Source: Candidatus Saccharibacteria bacterium RIFCSPHIGHO2_12_FULL_47_17 (lineage in GTDB: Bacteria > Patescibacteriota > Saccharimonadia > Saccharimonadales > UBA10212). From it: a stretch of 24,000 nt of DNA. The position numbers were made by a program, and so were the translations under genes. Every line of letters begins with the position of its first letter. Positions within the stretch are counted from its first letter, which is position 1. The notes under the pieces are model-generated. The model searched no databases and was not told the origin of the DNA. It saw nothing but the letters and a program-made list of their open reading frames with translations. The DNA is taken from contig MGCV01000001.1 of the NCBI GenBank assembly GCA_001790575.1, positions 7,870 through 31,869 on the forward strand. The letters run 5' to 3'. Positions 12,318-20,250 of this stretch are shown piece by piece.

Positions 12318-14339
12318 ATGCTAGGTTTTGGCAAAAAACCACCGATTGACCCAGTAAAACAGGCCGAGATGATGGAGGCCCAAGAGGTCTCGACGGCTTT
12401 TCAAAAAGGCATTACCGCTCTGCGCGATTTTATTGCGCCAAGCTCGCTGGAATTTAACAGCACCCATTTTCGAATCGGCACTCGCTTTGCTCGAACCTAC
12501 TATGTTTATGGCTACCCACGCCAAGTCTATACCGGTTGGCTGTCCGGCATGGTCAATCTTGATGAAGTTATTGATCTATCAATGGTCATTCAGCCGGTGG
12601 ATAGCCAAATCGTGTTGAACAACCTGCGTAAAAAAGTCAGCCAATTGCAAGCCGGTATCCAAATTGATGCCGAAAAAGGCCGGGTGCGTGATCCGGGCAA
12701 AGAGGCAACCATCCAGGACGCTGAAGAAATGCGTGACAAATTGCAGGTTGGTGAGGAAAGATTCTTCCGCTTTGGCTTTTACTTCACGATTTATGCCGGC
12801 TCTATCGAGGAACTGGAATTTGTCAGCCACAAAGTTGAGTCAATGCTTGGGCAGCAATTGGTTTATTCCAAACCAGCTACTGCACAACAGGAACAAGGTT
12901 TAAACAGCACCATCCCGCAATATGTTGACCAGCTGCAAATCTACCGCAATTTGGACACGGCAGCCTTATCAACTAGTTTCCCATTTACATCGGCCGACCT
13001 AACTCAAGACAACGGCATTTTGTATGGCATAAACATGCATAATTCCGGGCTAGTGATTTTTGACCGCTTTAGTTTGGAGAATTCTAACAGTGTGATCTTT
13101 GCCAAGTCCGGCGCTGGCAAAAGTTTTATGATCAAACTGGAAGCCCTGCGCAGTTTGATGTTTGGCACGGAAATTTTTGTGATTGATCCGGAGAACGAAT
13201 ACCAACGTATGTGTGAGGCCGTTGGCGGTACCTATATTCGCTTAAGTTTGGCCTCTGACAGCCGCGTTAACCCGTTTGATTTGCCGCAAGTGATTGATAA
13301 AGACGAAGGCGACAATGCCCTGCGCTCCAACTTGATAACCTTGCATGGGCTGCTGCGCTTAATGATGGGCGGCGCCCAGGCCCAGATGCAGGCTGGTGGT
13401 TTGGCCATGGCACCAGCCATGTCGCCGGCCGAAGAGGCCGATCTTGATGCCGCTTTAATCGAAACTTATGCCAAAGCCGGCATAACCAACGATCCGTTAA
13501 CACATGGCTCACCGCCGCCAACAATTAGTGATCTGTATGACACACTGCTGCACATGGGCGGCACTGGACCGCAGCTCGCCCAACGGCTGCGCAAATACAC
13601 CTCCGGCACCTTCGCCGGCATCTTTAGCCAGCAGAGCAACGTCAATATTAATAATCCGATGGTCGTTTTTAACATCCGCGATTTGGAGGATGAACTACGA
13701 CCGGTGGCCATGTACATCGTGCTTAACTACATCTGGAATCGAACCAAGGTTGATAAGAGAAAAAGACTCCTGATTGTTGACGAGGCCTGGCAGCTGATGC
13801 GCTATGAAGACAGTGCCAACTTTATGTTCTCGCTGGCCAAACGGGCTCGAAAATACAATCTTGGTTTAACTACCATCACCCAAGACGTGGAGGACTTTAT
13901 GGCCTCACGGATGGGTCGGGCGATTGTGGCCAATGCCAGTATGCAGTTCTTGCTCAAACAAAGCCCCAGCGCCGTGGATGTGCTAGCCGATGTCTTCAAA
14001 TTGACCGAGGAGGAGCGAAAGCGCTTAAGCCAATTCCCGATTGGCCAAGGCTTGTTTTTTGCCGGCCAGAACCATGTTCATATCCAAGTCATTGCCAGCG
14101 CAACCGAAACTCAATTAATCACCGCCGGGCCAGAAGGTACCGGCACGGAGGGTGAGTTTAATTTGGATGAGGCCGGTGAAGATGCATACGAAGATAAAAC
14201 TGCCGAAGATGTTGGCGAACCCCAAGAGCCAATACCAGCTCCGCCGACTCAAAATCTGCCTCAGCCAGCTGCAGTGGCACCGCTACCTAGTCAAACCAAC
14301 TTAAATCCGCCACCGACTCAGCAAACTCAAGGAGTTTAG
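12318..14339 (+). CDS. virB4: VirB4/TrbE/TraE-family T4SS ATPase
   Basis: 673 aa. AGGAGG lies 9 nt upstream. VirB4-type N-domain (FRIGTRFARTYYVYGYPRQVYTGWLSGMVNLDEVIDLSMVIQP). Walker A FAKSGAGKSF (about 13100-13130). Walker B RLLIVDEAWQL (about 13765-13795). TTITQDVEDF motif. Low-complexity Pro/Gln tail. Confidence 0.9.
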   Translation: MLGFGKKPPIDPVKQAEMMEAQEVSTAFQKGITALRDFIAPSSLEFNSTHFRIGTRFARTYYVYGYPRQVYTGWLSGMVNLDEVIDLSMVIQPVDSQIVLNNLRKKVSQLQAGIQIDAEKGRVRDPGKEATIQDAEEMRDKLQVGEERFFRFGFYFTIYAGSIEELEFVSHKVESMLGQQLVYSKPATAQQEQGLNSTIPQYVDQLQIYRNLDTAALSTSFPFTSADLTQDNGILYGINMHNSGLVIFDRFSLENSNSVIFAKSGAGKSFMIKLEALRSLMFGTEIFVIDPENEYQRMCEAVGGTYIRLSLASDSRVNPFDLPQVIDKDEGDNALRSNLITLHGLLRLMMGGAQAQMQAGGLAMAPAMSPAEEADLDAALIETYAKAGITNDPLTHGSPPPTISDLYDTLLHMGGTGPQLAQRLRKYTSGTFAGIFSQQSNVNINNPMVVFNIRDLEDELRPVAMYIVLNYIWNRTKVDKRKRLLIVDEAWQLMRYEDSANFMFSLAKRARKYNLGLTTITQDVEDFMASRMGRAIVANASMQFLLKQSPSAVDVLADVFKLTEEERKRLSQFPIGQGLFFAGQNHVHIQVIASATETQLITAGPEGTGTEGEFNLDEAGEDAYEDKTAEDVGEPQEPIPAPPTQNLPQPAAVAPLPSQTNLNPPPTQQTQGV

Positions 14340-14349
14340 GAAACTCAAC

Positions 14350-14436
14350 TATGGCCACGATTAGAAATAGCTTTCTAGCGAAAACTTCTGACATGCTAGC
14401 GTGTCAGATTTCTAACGTGGCCTATCCCGTTAGACC
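14350..14436 (+). repeat. Copy B of the GIY-YIG 5'-region element. It forms the first 29 codons of an unannotated 41-codon ORF (14350-14475)
   Basis: MATIRNSFLAKTSDMLACQISNVAYPV... versus MTPIRNNFLSKISDLLTANQTSNGVYPV... at the GIY-YIG N-terminus. The hairpin tctaacg-(tggcctatcc)-cgttaga at 14410-14433 is conserved with copy A. No GIY-YIG domain follows. Confidence 0.5.
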
Positions 14437-14481
14437 TAAGATTTTTACTAAAATCTGCCGCAGAGCGGAGGTCTAATCGGG

Positions 14482-17400
14482 ATGGCTCTCGCAAACCAAG
14501 CGCCGCTTAATCAATCAGCCAACCCGGAAGGTTCTGAACCGGGTGAAGTTGAAATTAGAATAAGACGGACGCGGCGACTAAGACGTCAGCCGCCAGGCCG
14601 TGCCGGACCTGGTACCACACCGGAAACCGCAGGTACATTGAATATAGGCCAGCCAAAGACATCAGCCAGCGGCGTGCCAAGTCCCGGCCCCGGAGAGCAA
14701 GATGCAGGTCTTACGCTTATCGAAGGAGGCGGTGAAGGTGGCGGACCGGCTAGTTCCCGGGAAAATATCACGGGTCTACCCTCAGCAATTGGCCAAACCC
14801 AGCCAGTACCAACGCAGGGCCGAGGCGCAGGGCTCAGGGGCATTACAGGCGGCGGTGAGGGCGGACCGCCGAGCCCTCGGGAAAACTTTTCGGTTGCTCC
14901 GACAATTGGCCAATCTGCCGGCCGGCGCGGTCCAACTTCTGGTGCACAGTTAACCAAAGGACCGGAAAGTCAATTGCCCAAACGACGACTTTCAGCCGTC
15001 CCTACGCCAACCCCCAGACCAAGCCCGGAGGACATCCAGCGTATGGAGAGGGGTGGTGATCAGACTGTGTCCGAAGCGCCAAATTATGTTCCACAAACTG
15101 CTAGCCCTGGCGGACAAACGCCAGGTGAGCAACAAAGTCCTGGCGGTGTAATCCTGCCACAGGAAAGACGCACTAAAGCGCCCGAAGAGTCGGAGCCGGT
15201 TGATGTCGAAAAATCTCCCTATGACCAGCCGGGTATACCGGATATTGTACCTGATGAGGAATCGTCGCCCGGTGAAGAACCCAATCCCGCCGCTGCCCAG
15301 CCGTCTTTTATGGACAGATTTAGACCCAGCAAGAGAGACAAGGGCGCTCCGGATCGCGATGAGCTAGCCGACAAGGAAAAGGGCGGGCTCGGCCAAGAAA
15401 AAGCCGGAGATACTCCAACAGATCAAGAAAAGGACAAACTCGGCCGAGGCTACAATCCAAGTGCCGAACCTGAAAGTAAATCCCGCTTCCGAAACCTACT
15501 TAGTACCCGTCGCCGAAAGGTAATAGCCGGCGGCGGAGTTGTGGGCACAATCATCGGCCTCTTTTTCGGCTTCTCGGTTCTACAGGGACCATTACAATTC
15601 ATTCATTTTGCTCAGCTGCTACGGGGATTTCATATGACCAGTCAAGAAGACGCCGGCGATGGCCGGGTAGGCAGATTTTATCGCTTTGTTCGATCTGGCG
15701 GTGATTTTGGTGAAACCCGTGTAAGTTGGCTGGGCAGTAAATATAAGAACAAAATATTTGCCGATTTTGAAAGAATCGGTTTAAAGCCAGAGTTTGGCGG
15801 TTTTAAAACCTTCAGTGGTTTTACAATTGACCGTAAAAATCCAAATTCCCCTTACAGAAATCTTAATAACGCTGAAGTTGAAGCCAAATTAATAGAAAAA
15901 GGTATTGCTAAGGAAAGTATCAGCTTTAGAGGTAATGAAGTTTTTGTCGATGCCGAAAAGGGCTATTTCAAACAAACACGTGCCTTGCGAGCAATGATCA
16001 GCGAATTAGGTTATGGCACAATCAGCTCAGCCATCAGGGCAAGGCCACTGCAAAAATATGGTCTGGTGACGTGGCACCCCTTAAAACTTTTGGATAAGAA
16101 ATTAAATAAAACTGTGGCCGAGGCATACGAAAAATGGCGGATAGCTCGTGAAGAGCGTTTTAGAACTGGGATTCGCGATCCGAGCGTTGACGGCAAAAAT
16201 GCACAGATTGATGAGGGAGAAACGGATGAGGACGGCAATAAAAAATACAGGCCCATTCCAGAAGAAACTAAGCTCGAACCAAGCAAGACCCGTGAAATTT
16301 TGGGCAAAATCAAAAGCAGCGGCTACACTAAAGGAGCGGCCGGCATAGCCGGTGCGACTGGGGTTGTCTGCATTATTAGGGATGTCAACAATAATGTTGG
16401 TCTAATCCGCAAAGAGAATATTATCGATCCCCTGACCCGTATTGGCATGGATGCCTTAACTATCGGTCAGCAGTTGATGAGCGGCGTAGATATAGACCAA
16501 GAAACATTAAGCTTCGCGGCCAAAAAATTTAACGGCAAAAGCACAAAAGGAAAGTGGGCCGGCGTTGGTGGCGCGGCAGATGTAAGGGCAACTTCCGCTT
16601 TTGAGGCTGCCAGTATCCAAGCCGAGTCAGGACAAAAGCAGACCGGTCTGGATATTGATGAGGGTATAAAGGAAAACATCTCTGGCCCTTCGCCCGGTTT
16701 TCTAAGCTGGGCTGATGATTCATTCAAAGAATTATGTAGTACAGTCGGATTAGTAGTTGTTGGAGCTATCAGCGCAGTAATTGGCGTCCTTAGCGGCAAC
16801 ACGGTCAACACAGCTTTCGGTATAGCCGCTAGCGCCCTTGCCTTACCCTTTGTAATCGATAAAGTGTCCGATTTTATAGCTGGTCAAAGTGTGAATGTGG
16901 CGGCTGTTGGTGCGGAATTTGGTAACTACGCCAATTACGGCGTAAGACTGGCCGGCAATAGCATGGCTTTGATGACAGGCGGATCCGCACTTAGTAAGGA
17001 GGAAGAACTTGCCCTTAAAGAGGATCTGCACCAGAAACGCCTGGCCGAATTTCAATCACAGAGTCTAGCCTATCGGCTTTTTAATCTATATGACCCGGAC
17101 GCTGCTATCTCCAAATTGATCGATCGAACTCCGGCCGATTTCTCACAAAAATTGGCAAGCTTAGGTAGCTCATTTATTAATAGCGCTAGGTCCGTACTCA
17201 AGATCGGGGATCTTTTCTCGGCTAAAGCCATGGCCGCAGAAGATACCGATTATGATTATGGTTTTCCAAAATACGGTTTTAGCAAAGAAGACCTAGAAGA
17301 TGCGAGGTTCGCAGATCCTTACGGAAACGCCGAAGGTGCTGCCCAGATTCTAAATAATGATAGCGCCAGCGGAGGAACATATATTAGCAGAGCCAAAAGG

Positions 17401-18939
17401 TGCTTTGGTGTCGAAATCAAAAAATTACCAGAAGCCGAAGCTGATAATAAAGAGCTTTGGAATGTTATACCGGCTGATGTAGCGGCTAATCCATACGACC
17501 CCAAGAACTATCCAAAAGATGAATGCGCCAGCCGAGAGCTGGACTGGCTAAGAATCAGGTTCTTCATATTCGACACTGGGGTGGTCGAGGGCTGGGCTTG
17601 TTACAACGACGACGAAACCTCCTGCAAAAACAGCGGTGTTGATGAATTGGCGACTTCTTCCACAACAACCAGTTCTGTTGCTACAACTATTGATAGTCTT
17701 GGCGGTCAACAGCTTGCTCCTAATCCACAACGCTGGATTCAATGGATAGCTCAGAACGTCGTGCCGAATCTGCCGGGTAATGCCGACGAAAAGGCTGCCA
17801 TGGCGGCTACGGTAACCTGGTGGTCGCTTAAAGAAGCCGACTTGGACGTCGACAATCCCTTAAGTTATTCCAACTGTGGCGATACCAGCCACTCTAACAA
17901 TTGTCCCGCTAACACACTATGGCAGGTTGGTATTGCCGGTGTGCAGGTACCGAAAGATCCCGGTGCAACCGAAATTAAATCCTTAGAAGATAAAGCGCTA
18001 TCGCTGCACCCCGGCCAAACGATTGAGCAAATTCTAGGTCAAGTTGCCCAAAACGCCGGCTATTTGGCTGGTTCAAATGAATACAGTAGTGTCATAAACT
18101 CTACCGGCCGTACCAGAGCTTCCTGGCTGCTGCGTGATCCGGTCACCGGTTTCGTTACTGTACGACCAGCAATTGAACCCTGCCTAACTGAAGAAGGGCG
18201 GAATAAATTAAAGGCTGCCGGCGATGACTGGTGCCGGGGGTATGGCTCGGCAGCTCATGTGGCTAAAGATGTCGATACAACTTTAAGTGTGATTGGCGAA
18301 TTAAAGGCCTACTTTAAAGGCTCAAGTGCAACTGCCATTGGTGATCAAAACGGCGATTCTGCTTCAATAGCCTGTGCGCCTGGGTCGATCGAGGTGCTGA
18401 CTGAATATACAGCTTATGTAAACGGCACCCCTCGAAAAGTAAGATTGTGTAAAGTTCTTACTATCCCTTGCGATAATGAAGAATGTAGCGGTGGTTATGG
18501 TATTCCGCTTGGCCCGGGTAAATACGCCATCGTTAATTCGCAAGTTTCGGCTGCTTGGGCGGCTGTTGGCGAAAAAGCCAAAAAGGATGGGGTTTCATTA
18601 TCTACTAACAGTAGCCTACGTACCTACGAACATCAGGGTGAACTATGTCGAACTAAAACGAAATATACTGTTGGCGAGAATGGCAGGTGTATCTCTGGTA
18701 ATTCTGGTTTAGTAGCCAGTCAAGGTTATTCACCACACGAAAGCGGTACAGCTATGGATTTGAACATCCCTCACAATACAGGCACGGCGAATAGTTGCTC
18801 GGGCCGAGCGACTGCGGTTGGCGATCCGGTCTGGGAATGGATGAAAAATAACGCTCCGGCTTACGGTATTTTGCAATATAGCGGTGAAAACTGGCACTGG
18901 GATACCAACCCGGCCGGCCTTAATAACAGGTGTTCATAG
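14482..18939 (+). CDS. Giant membrane-anchored protein: disordered N-terminus of about 345 aa, TM helix, large ectodomain, C-terminal M15/VanY-type (LAS) peptidoglycan peptidase domain
   Basis: GGAGG lies about 10 nt upstream. The N-terminus is Pro/Gly/Glu-rich with an internal repeat of about 41 aa. TM helix VIAGGGVVGTIIGLFFGFSVL at about aa 346-367. A second hydrophobic stretch lies near aa 750-800. The C-terminus LRTYEHQGELC...SQGYSPHESGTAMDLNI...VWEWMKNNAPAYGILQYSGENWHWD matches the VanY/M15 SxHxxGxAxD ... ExxH layout. Confidence 0.65.
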   Translation: MALANQAPLNQSANPEGSEPGEVEIRIRRTRRLRRQPPGRAGPGTTPETAGTLNIGQPKTSASGVPSPGPGEQDAGLTLIEGGGEGGGPASSRENITGLPSAIGQTQPVPTQGRGAGLRGITGGGEGGPPSPRENFSVAPTIGQSAGRRGPTSGAQLTKGPESQLPKRRLSAVPTPTPRPSPEDIQRMERGGDQTVSEAPNYVPQTASPGGQTPGEQQSPGGVILPQERRTKAPEESEPVDVEKSPYDQPGIPDIVPDEESSPGEEPNPAAAQPSFMDRFRPSKRDKGAPDRDELADKEKGGLGQEKAGDTPTDQEKDKLGRGYNPSAEPESKSRFRNLLSTRRRKVIAGGGVVGTIIGLFFGFSVLQGPLQFIHFAQLLRGFHMTSQEDAGDGRVGRFYRFVRSGGDFGETRVSWLGSKYKNKIFADFERIGLKPEFGGFKTFSGFTIDRKNPNSPYRNLNNAEVEAKLIEKGIAKESISFRGNEVFVDAEKGYFKQTRALRAMISELGYGTISSAIRARPLQKYGLVTWHPLKLLDKKLNKTVAEAYEKWRIAREERFRTGIRDPSVDGKNAQIDEGETDEDGNKKYRPIPEETKLEPSKTREILGKIKSSGYTKGAAGIAGATGVVCIIRDVNNNVGLIRKENIIDPLTRIGMDALTIGQQLMSGVDIDQETLSFAAKKFNGKSTKGKWAGVGGAADVRATSAFEAASIQAESGQKQTGLDIDEGIKENISGPSPGFLSWADDSFKELCSTVGLVVVGAISAVIGVLSGNTVNTAFGIAASALALPFVIDKVSDFIAGQSVNVAAVGAEFGNYANYGVRLAGNSMALMTGGSALSKEEELALKEDLHQKRLAEFQSQSLAYRLFNLYDPDAAISKLIDRTPADFSQKLASLGSSFINSARSVLKIGDLFSAKAMAAEDTDYDYGFPKYGFSKEDLEDARFADPYGNAEGAAQILNNDSASGGTYISRAKRCFGVEIKKLPEAEADNKELWNVIPADVAANPYDPKNYPKDECASRELDWLRIRFFIFDTGVVEGWACYNDDETSCKNSGVDELATSSTTTSSVATTIDSLGGQQLAPNPQRWIQWIAQNVVPNLPGNADEKAAMAATVTWWSLKEADLDVDNPLSYSNCGDTSHSNNCPANTLWQVGIAGVQVPKDPGATEIKSLEDKALSLHPGQTIEQILGQVAQNAGYLAGSNEYSSVINSTGRTRASWLLRDPVTGFVTVRPAIEPCLTEEGRNKLKAAGDDWCRGYGSAAHVAKDVDTTLSVIGELKAYFKGSSATAIGDQNGDSASIACAPGSIEVLTEYTAYVNGTPRKVRLCKVLTIPCDNEECSGGYGIPLGPGKYAIVNSQVSAAWAAVGEKAKKDGVSLSTNSSLRTYEHQGELCRTKTKYTVGENGRCISGNSGLVASQGYSPHESGTAMDLNIPHNTGTANSCSGRATAVGDPVWEWMKNNAPAYGILQYSGENWHWDTNPAGLNNRCS

Positions 18940-20246
18940 TGATTAAGTATTTGCTTACCGCCGCCTTTTTCTTGACAGTAATAACACTGTTTCCAGCAAA
19001 GGTTGTTGCTCTATCAGCTCAACAAAAAACTATTTTTGATTCCGGTATCTACTATTTTGATACTGAAACCAGCGATACAACCAGTTGCTCGGTTTTAAGT
19101 TCAGCGAATTCCAGCGGCAGTCTATCAACCAACGTACCAGCCGTTTGGCGAAACTTAATTCTTGAGACGGCACCGAAGTATCCGGATGTCGACCCGCGGA
19201 TAGTTGCAGCAGTTTTGTGGGTAGAAAACCGTGGTTGGCCGGAGTATAAAACAAGTGGCTGGGGTGTATCGTCTGCTGGCGCTAAAGGCCCCTGGCAATT
19301 TATTGATAGTACCTGGGTAAGTCTTGGTACTGATGGTGACGGCGATGGTAGCAAAGATCCAGAAAATCCAAAGGATGCAGTTCATGCAGCTTTCAAACAT
19401 AACATAGGTTCGGCCGGCAAGCCGATCGCTACGGAAGGGTACACCGGCAACGCTGAAGCTGATTTTAATACCGTAGTTCTGCATCGCAATAATTCAAATC
19501 TGCTGGCCTTTGCTGCCAAATATAACGGTAGTGGTGCGCCAGACGGCGTAAAGCTTAAAGACTTTTCAAGAAATCAAAACTCTGATTACGTAATTATGGC
19601 TTATTGGATACTGGCAACAGACTTTAGCAAGGGCTTTAATGCAGATTCCCAGCAATTTGTAGATGCCAAAACAAGCGGCAAGGCTAATCAATCTACCGCA
19701 AGTATAAGCTCCTGCCCGGCTGGCAGCGGTATTGTCAGCACAGACGGCTATTCTTTCCCAGTAGCCCCGCAACGTAAGAGCCAAAACGGTGGCGTACCTA
19801 GTATGTCGCCGCTACCATGTGCCGACCCAACCAAGTGTCACCACGATTTTGTCCCACCGTCGAGTCACGCCTTTGATATTTCCCGTCAACCCGGTGGGGA
19901 TAGCGTAGTTGGTACGCCTGTTTATGCAATATCTGATGGCACAATCGCTAAACTTTCGCCGAGCTATCAAGGTATTGTCGGCTGTCAACACTTGCAGCTG
20001 GAAAGCAAGGATGGCTATCGTTATTGGTATGGTCATATTCAAAAAGTTTCAGTTAAAGAAAACGAGCCAGTTTCGGCCGGCCAACAGATTGCTGTGGTTG
20101 GTGAACGTAAGTGTGCCGAAAAAAGTGATCCACACCTTCATATTGACCGCGGCTCACCTAAGGGAGTCAATGGCGGCAGCCCTGAGAGCCGCGACGCTGG
20201 AATTGTGCCATTAATTAATTCATTGTTCGAAAGCCTACCGGATTAA
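18930..20246 (+). CDS. Secreted bifunctional cell-wall hydrolase: lytic transglycosylase (SLT-like) N-domain + peptidase M23 C-domain (VirB1-type role)
   Basis: GTG start at 18930, or GTG at 18939 overlapping the upstream TAG. Signal peptide. SLT-like AAVLWVENRGW...GPWQFIDSTW...AAKYNGSG. M23 motifs SSHAFDIS...GTPVYAISDGTI...YWYGHI...GQQIAVVG...PHLHID. Confidence 0.7.
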   Translation: MFIVIKYLLTAAFFLTVITLFPAKVVALSAQQKTIFDSGIYYFDTETSDTTSCSVLSSANSSGSLSTNVPAVWRNLILETAPKYPDVDPRIVAAVLWVENRGWPEYKTSGWGVSSAGAKGPWQFIDSTWVSLGTDGDGDGSKDPENPKDAVHAAFKHNIGSAGKPIATEGYTGNAEADFNTVVLHRNNSNLLAFAAKYNGSGAPDGVKLKDFSRNQNSDYVIMAYWILATDFSKGFNADSQQFVDAKTSGKANQSTASISSCPAGSGIVSTDGYSFPVAPQRKSQNGGVPSMSPLPCADPTKCHHDFVPPSSHAFDISRQPGGDSVVGTPVYAISDGTIAKLSPSYQGIVGCQHLQLESKDGYRYWYGHIQKVSVKENEPVSAGQQIAVVGERKCAEKSDPHLHIDRGSPKGVNGGSPESRDAGIVPLINSLFESLPD

Positions 20247-20250
20247 CGTT

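Noticed and set aside
12301-12320. The palindrome GGAGGTACCTCC at the virB4 ribosome-binding site as an SD-sequestering hairpin
   Set aside because: A 2-nt loop is sterically impossible. The best case is a 4-bp stem with a 4-nt loop, which is too weak to claim regulation.
4069-14436. A 10-kb invertible segment bounded by the inverted copies of the 87-nt element
   Set aside because: The copies are short and only about 79% identical. No recombinase gene is present. Inversion would break both operons. A decayed second cassette or a shared leader is the simpler reading.
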